DNA from: Lama glama
Lineage: Eukaryota
Assembly: GCA_028534125.1 (NCBI GenBank)
Contig: CM052816.1
Span: 65,846,001-65,906,000 of the forward strand
Direction: 5' to 3'
Length of the DNA: 60,000 nt
Shown here: piece after piece, positions 37,201 to 50,775 of the stretch
How positions within the stretch are numbered: the first letter of the stretch is position 1
Layout: each line of letters starts with the position of its first letter
Program-made: the position numbers and the translations under genes
The notes under the pieces: generated by a model
What the model was told of the DNA's origin: nothing
Databases searched by the model: none
Seen by the model: the letters and a program-made list of their open reading frames with translations, nothing else

Positions 37201-40200
37201 CCCTCTCCTATCTACGTAATTGTCATATGTAATGACTGTGAAATTGCCTATCCTGTGGATATATCTAAAGGCACTGAAACATTTGGTTAGAGATTGGGCG
37301 ATTCCAGAAATAAATTGGAAGTTGTGTTTTTAGAGGTATGGTAGCCTATGAAGTTTAAGGCTGATGTCGGGTGTTGAAGAGTGACTGTTTGACTTTTGTA
37401 ATTGCAACCTCTAGGCCAGTATATTCTATGCTGGTAGCAAATAAGTTCATCTCTTCTCTATTATCGAGAAATACAGAGCAAAATTCAGCGCTTCCCACTT
37501 CTGAATAGATTATCTTTCCAATTATGTTGGACAGTTTTACTTTGTTCTCTGTAAGCTCTGTAAGGCTTAAGGAAAGAAACAGGTACTATATCTCAGACTT
37601 TGTACAAAGTTCCATACTGTTTTAAGTAAACTTTGAAAAAGGTACAAAATCTTCCTTCCTGTATCTTTTATCTTACCAGCTTTTGTAAATGGAAAAACAA
37701 AAGGAATTTGCATACTTCCTGCTTGCCCAGTGTACACTGTGATTTGACTTAGGGAAGTGACTATTTTCAGGATTAGTTTAGAGTTTTAAACATGCAGTTG
37801 ACATTTTTGATCCTATTAGCTACCTTTGTTTCATATCTGTTATAGGTCTGTTCATATAGACCTAAACAGCTCTTAAGAGAAGACATTTAAATACCTTGAA
37901 TATTATTTAAAACATAAATAATGTTTTAATGCCAGGGAAACAAAGAGTGGATCACAGATAGATTTACTCTTTAAAGTCATAAATTATGAAATTCTCTGAA
38001 AAAGTCATTTGTCCACCCTACTTCTCTCTTGCTTTGTGTCCCTGGAGAAGCCATCTAGCCCCTCTCTAGCCAGGTTTACTCATCTGTAAAGTAAAGGGGA
38101 TGAGTTAGATCAGTGAACTTCAAACATGTATTTTCAATGAACAGTTTTTACAAATGCTATGCTAATATAAATAAGGGAGTGTATTATATGTATGTTTGGT
38201 ATATAAAGATTAATTTATAAAAAGATACATATGTATGGTATATATGAGTAAAAATACATAAACATACATAGAACAGTAAAAGAGCCACTGAGTTAGAACC
38301 TTTATCCTCTCCCCCACCACAATCCAATCCCCATCCTTGCAACGCCTCTAAGGAGCTCTAGGTTCCAAGGACTACTGTTTGAAAGCCACTTAGCTAATAG
38401 ACCACTATGATCCTTTATAGGTCTACTTTCTATAGGGCTGCCCTACCACTAGAGAGTCATGTGTATTTTCTCTACCCCTACGTGGTCTGGAATAAATTTG
38501 GTGGTAATTAAACTTCCTGGGAAGTTCAAATAACAACAGTTCAAAGACTTGAAAGACTTCAGCGTTACGGGACAATTCTCACTTCCGGGAAATCACAGGA
38601 GAGTTATAATAGTCAAGATCCTTTCATTTTCTTTAGCATATTCTTATTTTTTACAAATTTATTTTTAACTTATTTTGGCTGGGAAAATCATCGCTTATTA
38701 ACTATACAGATAGCTGACCAGTCAGGAATTCAATATGGCAGTTGGTAAAGAAATGCTGAATTAGTATTGAATTCTTCAGAAGAAAGGTGTTTCTTTAGTT
38801 TGGGTATTTTAAAATGGGGTTCTCAAACCACTTTCTCATGTCTCTGCTGAATAAAGTTCATAGGTAACATTGCCCTGTGAAACACTCTTATCAGCTCCAA
38901 TGCACTCTGCAGGCTCCACGTGGATAAAGCTGGCTGTGGTCATGTGTGCAGCAACATTTAGTCCCACCTGGAATCTACTCTTTTCTTCCATGATTTTGGC
39001 CCCATCACTGAAACTTGCCTTTCAGCATAGGTCTTTACTGAATAAGCTTGCTTATTAATCCCTCTGTTAGTCATTTCAATCATGTAGTGAATTTTATTAA
39101 ATCAGAAGGAACGAGGTCATGAACATAATCATGGGTACAGGAATGATTAGTCACGGATCCATCCGACTGCCTCTAGCAAGACTGAGAAAACAAGATTCTA
39201 AGCTGAAGCTGAAGAGGCTCAAGGAGATTTTCCTTAGGGAAAGATGCCTGAGAGGGATGTAAGAATATTCTGAAGAATCCTAATACTAAACATACAGAAT
39301 TGTGAAAGCCTGGATAAAGGTAGCAAGAATGAAACCTGGGGGCTGTTAACTAGGCTAGTGAAGACTATAGTCACAAAGAAAGCACAGTCTTAATTGAAAG
39401 CCAACATAGTTTTTTTTAAAGGGGCTTTTCCAGAGATTATCCAGCTTCTCAAGAGATAAAACAGAGGTTGAAGATATATTAGAAAATGGATGACAGAAGT
39501 AAAGGATGCTCTAGCCCAAAGTACCAAGTCTCTCCCGGGATCAAGGCCCACAGAAAGCCTGGGGAATCACAGGGGCACAAGATAGTGAGCCTGGATAAGA
39601 TACCATTAACTGTAACCAAGGAAATATCACTAATGGGAGGCTATGCCTGTAATATGTCTCAGCTCTCAAATTGCCTTGCTCCATGGTCAAGTTTGGCCTA
39701 AACTAGGAAGTCCTTCAGAAGAATGGAGAATAGGGAGAATCCCAGAACCTAGGGATGCACTTGTTAGCATAACAGGGGAAATAAGATTGATATGTATTTA
39801 TTATCTACCTTCAACCTTCCGAAGGTCAGTTCACTCTCCTGGGAGCATCCTGGGTGATGGGTGAGGATGTGTATTTGGGGAAAGCTAAGCTAAGCTGATC
39901 TTCAGAATAAAAGTGAGAAACAATAAGGGCAAGATTGTGGAAAAGGGCTGAAGGAGCAGCTAGAGAAGTAGGAGGGAAGGATAGAGGGGAGGCCAGTGTA
40001 GAAGAACCCCAGCCCATTTGAATCAGACATCTACCGTCTAGTGCGCAGCCCTGTTTAATCACACTGCCACCTTCTGGCAGAAGCTCCAGTAAAGGACTTG
40101 AATGTAGAAGATGCGTTTTTTTGTTTTTCTGGTTTTTTCCTCCCCCTCATCTCAGCACTAAGAACTTCTGCCAGAGGATAAAGTCTACTTCAAGTCTTTC

Positions 40201-42144
40201 CAAGGGAGAGAACAAGAAATGAGAAAACTAGAAACTGAGCGTAGAATATACACACACTGGCATTATAGCTTCCAAAGCTTCCTTCCAGGAAAGGTCCTGA
40301 TGTTTTACAATCCATACAATTAATGTTTTGTTTATATCTAATACTAATCTCCCTTGCTTAAAATTTAACCCATTTGTTCCTATGGTTTATTAGTGGATAT
40401 AGCGGTAGTGAATCAATAGATAAGTAGATTTTCCTTTATGATGTTTGAAAACTGCTAGTAAGTGACTTCTTAGTCTTTTTTCATTTTATATTGCAAAATA
40501 TTCATTTTGAACTGTAAAAGAGATGGAACCAGTGTGACTTGTTAAAAGAAATGTTTCCTAAAACATAGTTTCAGTGTGTAATTGTCCTTCACACAGATGA
40601 GCCTTTGTTCCCATTGTGCCTAATTCTCTGTCCTGTTTAAAATACATTCAAGATGAGAAATTCAACTTTTTAAAATTAGCATGTATGAAGTGTTCATGTG
40701 TATATGGAATATGGAAAATAGTAGTTCCTCACATCCATGATTTCATTCCTTTACAATGTGGTACAGAATTTATCCTTTGTATTGAGGGATTTATATGATT
40801 GACACTGTTATAGTTAGGAAGAATTATTGCAAAATGTGTCAGCTTTTAACCAGTAGCATTCTAGCAATGTTTCTTCTGATGTAACTGTATCGTGGAACAG
40901 CAGGTAACTGACTGGCAACTGGGCCACCATCTTGCTAGGACAGCAGCTCCTCAGTCTACAGTGATAGTCTTAGGAGTGATAGGCAGTGATAGTTAGAAGT
41001 GGTAATCCTTGCGCTGGTGATAGCTCAGTATTGAGACATACTCTGTCAGACATTGGACTTGACGCTCTACACAATCTAGCTCACAATGACTCCCTGAGCT
41101 AAAACTGAAGTCACACAGTTCCTAAATCACAGTGCTGAAGAAAACATGGTCTAGTTCCAGATCCCACATTTGTCGTTGTTACTGTTGTTGCTCTTGTTTT
41201 ATTTGCTTTTCCCTGCTTTCTCCACTGCTTTGGCAACACATGGTTTGGCCTCGTGGTATTCAAAACCTTGATCAGCTTATGTCTTTCCTTCCTTCCCTGA
41301 TTGTTCTGTGTTTCTCCTTTTAACCTTGTGCATCTCAAGAGAAAATAACTTTTTATTTGTCTGCCATCTTTCTTGAGATTTGCACACAAGCCTTCCACCA
41401 TGGACCATAAAGATGGGTGAAGTAGAAACTGGACTTTAACCCCGCCTTGTTCTCTAGAGATCTAGCTGGTTCCTGATATGGTCACTTTATTGACTCTCTC
41501 TCCCCCAGTCAGACCATAAGTTGAACTGTCCTGTTCCTCTCTGGTATTTGACCAGTGAGTAGAATCATAAAAATCTTTGAAATGAACCAAACCATAGAGA
41601 ATAACATATAATCTAATTCTTCCCATTCTTGACCCCATTTTGGAAATAGAAAAGTTTTGCTAGTCTTTAACATTTCTAGTCAAATAGGAAAATTGTTAGA
41701 AACAATGTCAGTGCTTTTGTGGTGACAGGTTTTGTTGGAGAAATATTTTTTCGAAACTCAAACCTGAAGTTTGAGATCAAATAGCCAAAACTTATTACAT
41801 CCATTAAATGGGTGAAGCAGTTCTAGTTATAATTCGTATGGGAGTTAAATGTAATTCTTAACTTAATGTCTGTGAAGTTAGCTCATACTATGGTAATTCT
41901 GTTGTAACTTCTCAAAAAATTGGACTGGATGAATATGCATGAAGAGATGTGGAGGTTGAGGCCTCAGCATTCTCTTGAAGGAAATTCAAGACATCGCTTT
42001 GACCGGAGGCCTCAGATAACTGGACTGTGATCGTTCTATTTTTTTTTTAAAGTCACCTACCTAATTAAGTTGCTAAAATTCATACCTTGAAATTCTCACT
42101 TTACTTCTCTCTGTTCTCCCAATAGAGGCTTCACAGAAGTAAAA

Positions 42145-42320
42145 ATAACTGTAATTGCTGCTTTCTGAGTGCTTACCCTGTACAGGTACCAGGCCGTGCA
42201 TTTGACAAGAATTAGCCCATCAAGTCCTCATCATAAATCCTCTGAGTCACCCATTCTTATTATTCCTCATTTGATAGACTAGTGAAGTAAACTCACTTAC
42301 CCAAGACTGTATGGCAAATA
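42145..42320 (-). mobile_element. MIR SINE
   Basis: CTGAGTGCTTACCCTGT..AGGTACC...TATTATTCCTCATTTGATAGA...CTTACCCAAG. Confidence 0.6.
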
Positions 42321-42525
42321 AGAGAATTTCATGAATTCACATGGCTTTTTAAAATGATTAAATGTTACTTTTAGCAATGATATATATGTTACCATGTCAC
42401 ATGGGTTAATTAACTTAAAATTCTTAGCACAGTAGTTGATTCCTTGTGAGTGCCAGGAAATGTTAGCTTATATTATGCATTTTTCAAGTTTGTATATTAG
42501 TGAAAATTTTTAAATAATCAAGAAT

Positions 42526-42532
<7 letters not shown>

Positions 42533-42576
<44 letters not shown>
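42533..42576. repeat. (TA)n microsatellite, about 21 units
   Basis: Direct reading. Confidence 0.95.
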
Positions 42577-42579
<3 letters not shown>

Positions 42580-44029
42580 GTGAAACTGATTCAGTCTATA
42601 AGGGCTTATTTTCCATAAGGCGGGCTTGTTTTCCATAAGGCAGTCTTATTGGACACCAAACTTTTCTACAAAGCTAGGTGTTCTGGGTAAATCACATTAA
42701 CACTGTGATTGAAAGAAGACATACTTCTATTCAGGTGGATCAGAGAAGTAAACCACATAGAGAAAGTGGTAGAATAAGAAATGATCAATTGAAAGCTAAA
42801 ATGCCTCTGATTTGGTTATTTAACAGTTGCTCAGAACCCCCAAGGGAGGCAGTCCTAGGCGGGGGTTTAATCTGAAAGAAGGGGTTGGGAGGCTGGACTT
42901 TATCCATAGATGCATCTGTGTAAAGACTTTCTAACCCTCCTACTTGGGATTGCCTGGTGGTTCAGCTTTACTGTATCTCCCTGCCAGGCCTTCCCTACCT
43001 TTCCAGATCCCGTCCTCCTTTTATCCTTACTGCATCCTGGGTTGTGTAATTCATAGATTGTTATCTCTGTAGCCTGAGTCTCATCCTCCTTAGCAGACCC
43101 CAGACTGGGTAGGACTTCTCTTTAATTGACCCTGCCATCCTACTTCAGCAAAAAGGGCGTAAGCCTCTTTCACCTTCTGTTTCTAGAAAGACAACAGGCA
43201 AAAATGGGATCTGGATGGAAGGTCTGTTCCTGTGGCCCAGAGTATTGCTTCAGGATAAGCCGAAAAGCATAGAGGCTAGAAATGTAATGAATGCAGTGGT
43301 AAGCACAACCAGTTAGCATTCCATTGTCTCTGATGTCCACTTATTTTATTATGAGTAGTTACCAATAAAAATGTGTAAAAGAATTACTTTATCATGATTA
43401 ACAACTTTGGGGGAAAGATTGGGCCATAAAGATTCCCTGAATCTGTGCTTGAGAAAAATAATCCCTATTTTTCTGAGTCCTGTTGTTTAAATTGTGTCTA
43501 ATTATATATGAATCAGTAATTGTTTCTATGGTAATCTAAAACACAAAATGCATAAAACAGGCTGTTAGGAAACATGCCTCTATAAAGGTGTTATTATAAT
43601 TGGGAAAATGATTTTACATGTATAGGTGTGAAATTATACCCTGACCTGGAAATATATGTGAAATTTGTCCTTAATTGTAAGGTCTTATGTAAACAGCGAA
43701 AGAATTAGTCCCCACTGTTTAAAACCAAAATGTCTAATCATTTTCATCCGTGGTCAGCTAGCAGTAGCCACATGGAATAAAGTATGGGGTGCTGCACTGG
43801 GACTTAGAGGAAAACAGTACTACCATCAGTTAGTGATGTCCAGCAGAGAAGAGAAGACAAGTGTCATGTGACTACTTGCCATTTAAGTGTCCCTGGTGGT
43901 CTCATAATTCCTGATATCTAAACTCTGCCATGAAATGTGCATACAAATAAAATTGTGGGAAAAGTAGGATTTATACATACATACACATATATGTATATAC
44001 TTTTTAGAAATGTTTGACATGTTTTTGGT

Positions 44030-44440
44030 AATTTATCACCTATGAAGAATATGTGTGCAAATCAGAAACCGTAAAAACTCTTTCAGGTTATTGAAAACCA
44101 AAGAAAGGAAGATAAGTCATTCTCATTATCAGTGGCCACCCTTGTAGTCACCATCCAGATTAAAAATAATGCTACCAACAGCCCTAAAGCCACCTTTGTG
44201 TCCCATTCAGCCACTGGCCACCTACACCAAGTATAGCAACTATCTGAATTTTAAAAATCACAGAAAAATACTATTTTCTACTCTTGAATTTTATATAAAA
44301 GGAGTAATACAGTTTGTAATATTTTGTGGCTGATTTTTTTTCCTGGCAAATTGATGTTCAAGAGTTTATCCTGTGTTGATGTAGTTGTATATAGTTCATT
44401 CATGCTCACTAATGTATAGTTCATTAAGCAATTTGTTTGA
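44030..44440 (-). mobile_element. Old L1 (L1MC/ME-like) 3' region
   Basis: CTTGTAGTCACCATCCAGATTAAAA...GCAACTATCTGAATTT...CTTGAATTTTATATAAAAGGAGTAATACAGT. Confidence 0.65.
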
Positions 44441-44589
44441 AATATAAATCCAGGGTAAAAATTATTTATGCTAGTGGTTTAGATCATACTTGGTGTATTG
44501 GACAATATGAGCAATTAAAACTGTTGTCAATTTACAGTAATCCTTTGAATATAGTTTAATGTACAAACTCTGCTTAGATTTTTGTTTGC

Positions 44590-44870
44590 TTACATTCAGC
44601 CTCAATGGACTTTTTTTGGGAAGCCTCCCTAGACCTCCCAAGTCAGAATTAAAACTCCCTTCTCTGTGTTCTCTTGAGACCTGATACATTTCTCTGTCAC
44701 AGCTCTAGAAGCGTTGCAACAATTGTCTACTGCCTCGCCTGCCTCTCCTCTGGGACTGTGAGTGGTTTGGAGGGGGTAGACTGAGTCTATCCATCTTTGT
44801 ACTTGTGTGCCCAGTGCAGTGTCCGTTACGTCAGCAGTATCCAACATCTGTCTGTTGTTTGAAGAGAGAA
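44590..44870 (+). mobile_element. L2 3' region
   Basis: GGAAGCCTCCCTAGACC...GACTGTGAG...CATCTTTGTAC...CCCAGTGCAGTG. Confidence 0.6.
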
Positions 44871-44911
44871 CGGGGAGTTGTTCTACATCACAAAGAAAAT
44901 GTTCCAATCTG

Positions 44912-46000
44912 CTTTATTTTTTATTTTTTAAAAAATTTTCTTTCTTTTTTGAAGTACAGTCAGTTATAATGTGTCAATTTCTGGTGTGCAGCACAATGTC
45001 CCAGTCATGCATATACATACATATATTTGTTTTCATATTCTTTTTCATTAAAGGTTATTACAAGATATTGAATATAGTTCCCTATGCTATACAGAAGAAA
45101 CTTTTTTTTAAACTATTTTTATATATAGTGGCTAACATTTGCAAATCTCAAACTCTCAAATTTATCCCTTCCCACCTCCTTTCTTTGGTAATCATAAGAT
45201 TATTTACTATGTCTGTGAGTCTGTTTCTGTTTCGTAGATGAGTTCATAGTGTCATTTTTTTTCTTTTTTTTTTTTTAGATTACACATATGAGTGATATCA
45301 TACAGTATTTTTCTTTCTCTTTCTGGCTTACTTCACTTAGAATGATGATCTCTAGGTCCATCCATGTTGCTGCAAATGGCATTATTTTATTCTTTTTATG
45401 GTTGAGTAGTATTCCATTGTATAAATATACCTCTTTATGTAGTCATCTGTCAATGGACATTTAGGTTGATTCTGTGTTTTGGCTATTATACATAGTGCTG
45501 CTATGAACATTGTGGTGCATGTATCTTTTTGAATTAGAATTCTCTTTGGATATATACCTGGAAGTGAGATTGCTGGGTCTTACGGTAAGTCTAGTTTTAG
45601 TTTTTTGAGGAATCTCCATACTGTTTTCCACAGTGGCTGCACCAAACTACGTTCCCACCAGCAGCATAGGAAGGTTCCCTTTTCTCCACACCATCTCCAG
45701 CATTTATCGTTTGTGGACTTTTGAATGATGGCCATTCTGACTGGTGTGAGGTGATACCTCATTGTAGTTGTGATTTGCATTTCTCTGATAATTAGTGATA
45801 TTGAGCATTTTTCATGTGCCTCTTGGCCATTTGTATGTCTTCATTGGAGAATTGCTTATTTAGATCTTCTGCCCATTTTTGGATTGGGTTGTTTGTCTTT
45901 TGGTTATTAAGTTGTATGAGCTGTTTATATATTCTGGAAATTAAGCCTTTGTCAGTCATATCAGTTACAAATATTTTCTCCTATTCCATAGGTTGTCATT
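44912..46000 (-). mobile_element. Relatively young camelid-type L1 3' end (~1.1 kb)
   Basis: Poly-T, 3'UTR of the same family as 278/15182/17260, and ORF 45580-45780 ([29 protein letters not shown]...[12 protein letters not shown]) matching the L1 ORF2 C-terminus. Confidence 0.93.
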
Positions 46001-48986
46001 TTATTTTTCATTTTCTTTTGATAGATGGCACTCTGCTAGGGACTGTACTGAGTGAGCACTGTAAAGACAGAATTTACTCTCTGTGGCAAGGAATTGTAAA
46101 GTATCAGATCAGGGAGGATTTTTGCCCGTTTCCTGTGGCTTTCACCCTTAGTTTACCAACTTCACTGAGAATTCTGGTCTCAAAACTTCTCATCCTCTCA
46201 TGAGTTCTCCAATCCTAGAATCTAGCTTCCCAGTTTTCCTCAGCCTTTTCTCCTTGCCCGAGTGACTCATCCCAGTACTGTCAGCTAGTCATGAACAGAA
46301 GTGCTGATGTGTGATGCCTGTGTTCATTGCCCAGATGACATGGCTGATCTAACTCCATCAATGTGGTGGTCTCACAGTTGAGAGATCTGCTGGGAGAAGT
46401 ACCAAGACCCCCACTCCGGGCTTACTCCAACTTCACTCTCAGCGTTTTGAAGCCAAGCACAGCTGTCACATTAGACAGATCCCATAGCTGGGATGCTGAA
46501 TCTGATAGCCAAGCATGACCTAGAGTCCTAACAAACGGAGTTGACCTCTGACCTCCAAAGTCAGGGTTAGCATTCCTGCTCAGAACCTTTCCCACTATTA
46601 AGTTGCTTTTAGCTTTACCATACTTCTAGACTGAGATTTTTTGGAATGCTAAAAAATCAAGGCTTAATCCTTAGTAATTAAGAAAGTGATTTGCTTTTAG
46701 TGTTGTACAAGAACACTTTTTAGCCCCTTAACCATTTGATCTGATTCTATAGCTTAACATGTCGTTTTAAAGTACAGTTTTGTTTCTGTAGCTCTTCTAT
46801 TAGTTGCAAAATTAAAGGCGTGTTTTTGATTGCTTCACTTAACAATGTTTATTAAATCAGTTCTGCCCCAGTCACCCTTATGGCTGTTAGAGAGACAATG
46901 AAGAAATTTTAGCCATCATCACCTTCATAAAATTTCCAATTTAGTGACTTTCTAAAGTATTCCTTTGTAGCAGAGGATTTCTGCTTGTACATTTTACTGT
47001 ATCTCTAGGATATTTTTTACTTTCATGATAGGAGATCATTTATAGTTTCAAAGTGGTTCCATTGCTTTCAAAAATCTAGGGGTGAACAGAATGATTTAAA
47101 AAACCTCTCTACTTGAATTTGGAGTGGGGTAATATGAAATAAATCTGGAATATTTGATTTTTTAACCAAAATATTTTTCTTGGGCTAGAAGGATATTTTC
47201 ATTCTAAATAAATTGTTTAATCACCTCCTAACAAGGCTGTGTCAGCCAAGTTAAATATTTAAGTTTATTTTATTTAAATAAGCTTTAAAACCAACAGATT
47301 TCTTTCTTATTTAGATGAATTTAGCCTTTAATTTTTCAAACATAAAATATAAACTAGGCAATTTTAACATCTATAGAGAAAGAGAACACAAGAAGGGAAC
47401 GTCAGAAAAATAGCTGTGAAAAAGTGAAGTTTAAACAAAAATAACTCAAATTAACATTTGACATAATTTAAGTTATTGCCAAAATGTCTGTCTTCACAGA
47501 TAATCTCCAAGCGAGTTTCGTTTTTATAGGTCCCAATTAAAGTCTGAAAAATGTTGGAGGGCTCTGTTTCATTAATAAGGGAAATAAACTTTTCCTCTCC
47601 CCAAAGACTGCTGCTAGCTTGTTTGCCAACTCTCTGAATAAACTCATTTTACTATTACCATGGTTGGGTGCAGTTTTATTCCTTTATAATATCATGTCTA
47701 ATCCATCACTATAACTCCATGAATCTAAGTAAGTTTGTTTCATCAAATAGGGATCTAATAGGAGCTTTGAACTAGCAAAGACCAGTTTCCATAGAAAATC
47801 AGAAGAAAATGACATTCATGTCCCACTGTAGTTCTGTGTATAGGATTTGTCCATAAGGCTTATAGCTGCCACACAAGGGTACCACACAACAATGGAAAAC
47901 CTGTTTGCCAACAAAATATCAAATTATTATTATCAGACTTTCACAGTGAAGTATGTTATTACGTGACTCCCAGTGATACATCTGGACTACTGGTATTTTT
48001 GTGCAATTATAACAGCTCCGGCTCTATATTACTAGTTTTGAACTCAGTCTGACATCAAAACTTACCTCGGTTAGTAAATCCTAACACTTCAGTACATATT
48101 GTGGGCAAGTCTGTAAATAGCATCTATTGTCAGAAAAACTGTAAGATTGTGTTTACAAATTTTATAAAGTTTATTTTTAAGTTTGAAATTGAATTACAAA
48201 TTAATTTCTCACTTGAATCTCCTACTTCTTCCAGCATTATGCCTTTGTCATCCTTTCTTAAGTAACTAGCTTTTGAATTTTTTTTTTCCCGTCTGGTTTT
48301 GTTCTGTTGGTGATTTGACTTTCTTTTTAAACGGCTGGTAATTTCATGTATAAAGTACAGAGGTTCATTCTTTTAAATTTCACACATGGGTCATTTCCTA
48401 ATGGTCAAAAATTGCCTAAATTTCTAATACATAAAGTAGAGTTTTAGATAATTTACTTCAATAAACTGGATAATTTGTTCAAAGTACCAAACGTGTTTGC
48501 TTCCATAATTCATGCCATTTGTGTGTTATTGAATGTATACACAAGAGATGGGTGAAGTATGAATATGGACCTACACATGCAAACTTTTATTTAAATATTT
48601 ATTTTACATTTATTTAAATATTAAAATTACCAAATTCCTTTCATGCCAGTCACTCTAGGCAGCTCATGTCCACTCAGTTGCTTCCTAGATATTGCATAGG
48701 TGTAACCAACCCTGTAAATTTTAAATTCACATAAAGAAGCTCTAGCCCTCAAAGTAAGACTTAATTGAATACCAAATGAAAACTTTAGTGTCTTCTGAAA
48801 TATTTATAAATAAAAGTTGCTTTAAAGTCTTCTTTGACTTTCTGTATTCTTTAGTGCCCAAATTGGAATGTCAACCTATTTGAAGAGGGAAAAAAAAACC
48901 TTTCAGGACAATCTTTTTAAGTGGGTGACAGTCCATTCTGGCTAGGATGGAGTACATTCAGGTAGTCAGATAAAAGGAAAGGTAGT

Positions 48987-49186
48987 TGAGGGAGGGTATA
49001 TAGGTCAGTGGTAGACTGTGTGTTTAGCATGCACTATGTCCTTGGTTCAGTCCCCAGTACCTCCATTAAAAAAGAATAATTAATTAAACAAATAAATAAA
49101 CCTAATTACCTCCCCCCTAAACAAACAAATCCAAAATATTTCTATTTCTTAAGACCCTAGGAAAATGCAAAAATGTAGAATAAAAG
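48987..49186 (+). mobile_element. tRNA-derived SINE (Vic-1-like) with an extended 3' tail
   Basis: GGAGGGTATATAGGTCAGTGGTAGA...GGTTCAGTCCCCAGTACCTCC. 15-bp TSD AAAAGGAAAGGTAGT at 48972-48986 and 49187-49201. Confidence 0.9.
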
Positions 49187-49368
49187 AAAAGGAAAGGTAG
49201 TGCTTTGCATCTCAACCCATGTTGGAATTTGAGATTTCTTATAAAGTTTGTTGAGAAAGGAAGTTAAATCCATTAAAACTTCTATAGAATTCAATCTCAA
49301 TTAGTTAGTATAGTATCCTGAATAAATTCATTCCTACTGGTGGGGAGAAATAAATGTTCCTTGTAATA

Positions 49369-49420
49369 TAAGAGTTGTAAGTAAGAGGAATAAGAGTTGT
49401 GAGTAAGAGGAATAAGAGTT
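49369..49420. repeat. 22-bp tandem duplication, about 2.4 copies
   Basis: TAAGAGTTGT(A/G)AGTAAGAGGAA x2 followed by TAAGAGTT. Confidence 0.9.
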
Positions 49421-49924
49421 AGAAAATAAGGGGTGGTCCCTCAAAATAATTCTGATGACTTAAGAGAGATTTGAGGAGGGATTCTGAATAACTCTGAGTT
49501 GCTTTTACTAGTAGGTGGGTAGGTGGAAAGTTATGCTGCATGTAAAGAGATTTAATCTGGAATCTTGGTGAGAAAGTCAGTTCTTTTTTCTTAGTTATCT
49601 AAGAAAACCTTTTACCATTTTAGAGAGAGAAATCAAAAGCACATAGAAAGTTTGATGTAGCCTGTTTAAGCTTTCTGCACTATGAGTAGGCCAGATGGTC
49701 AAGTTCTGTATGGCTTTATAGATACTCTTTCTTGTTCCATGTGAAAATTAATGGCTAGTTTTAAACCTTGCGATCACTTTGATGTCAGACCTTATTTGTT
49801 TGACTACATTCAAAGTATTTCTATTGCTTTAGACCGTAGTAAAACACAGAATGGGCCATCACAGAGCTGAGCTCGGAGGCGGTTTGGAAGTGCCAACAAT
49901 AGGTACTGGAGAGATGGGGAGGGC

Positions 49925-50110
49925 CCTGAAGTCATGTCAAGTTTGAAACTAGGTTGGTCCACTTACAAGCTGGGTGATCTTGGACAAAGAGAAACACTGT
50001 CCCTGGAGTTCCTAGAAAGGCTAAATGAAAGAATACATGGAAAGTGCTTGCTTGCACAATGCTGGCCACACAGCAAACCATATAAGTGTTTGCCAGTTTA
50101 TCATTATTAG
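49925..50110 (+). mobile_element. MIR SINE
   Basis: CCACTTACAAGCTGGGTGATCTTGGACAA...AATACATGGAAAGTGCTT...TATCATTATT. Confidence 0.7.
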
Positions 50111-50670
50111 GAGGGAAAAGACTCCTCATAGTATTTTCTTGTTTATGTTTCTATGTTAGTTTTGACGCAGGTCATTCTTTGATACAAGTTATTGCTTTGA
50201 AGATGTAAGAATTTTAGCCGTTTAACAAAGTGGTATATGATATGACAAGTATATGATTTTTCACAAGTGAAATGATAATGGAAATTTTACTGAAAAAAAT
50301 CATAAAAGCTCTGGGTAAAAATCTTATTGTTTAATTTGAAGACTAATAAGTGTGAATCTTGGCTTGATCTAAACTTACTATTCTATTAAATAAATTTACA
50401 TGAATATGGAATACCTCAACTTCACTTCTAGTTAAATCTAGATTGAAACTTTCTTTGACATAGCCCTCTTAAAAATATATTATTTTCTAAATATTATAGT
50501 ATTTAGAAATACATTGCTTTGTTCTGTTCCTAAACATATATAAATTACATTTTAATAGTAGCTTACAGTGATACTACAAAAAGATAGAGATATAAAGTGC
50601 TCTTTTATAAAAAAATAGTTCAACAAGATTTTTTGTTTAGGACAGTTTTCTATAGATTTATATACATTTC

Positions 50671-50775
50671 TTTTTCATTTCTTTTTCTTGTTAGTGGAGG
50701 CACTGAGTATTGAGCTCAGGACCTCATGCATGCTAAGCATGTGCTCTACCACTGAGCTATAACCCCCAACCCCCA
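50671..50775 (-). mobile_element. tRNA-derived SINE (Vic-1-like)
   Basis: CAGGACCTCATGCATGCTAAGCATGTGCTCTACCACTGAGCTATA (antisense A/B-box region) preceded by a T-rich tail. Confidence 0.9.

Noticed and set aside
49369..49420. Repeat array / CRISPR-like structure
   Set aside because: A simple head-to-tail duplication without spacers, in mammalian DNA.
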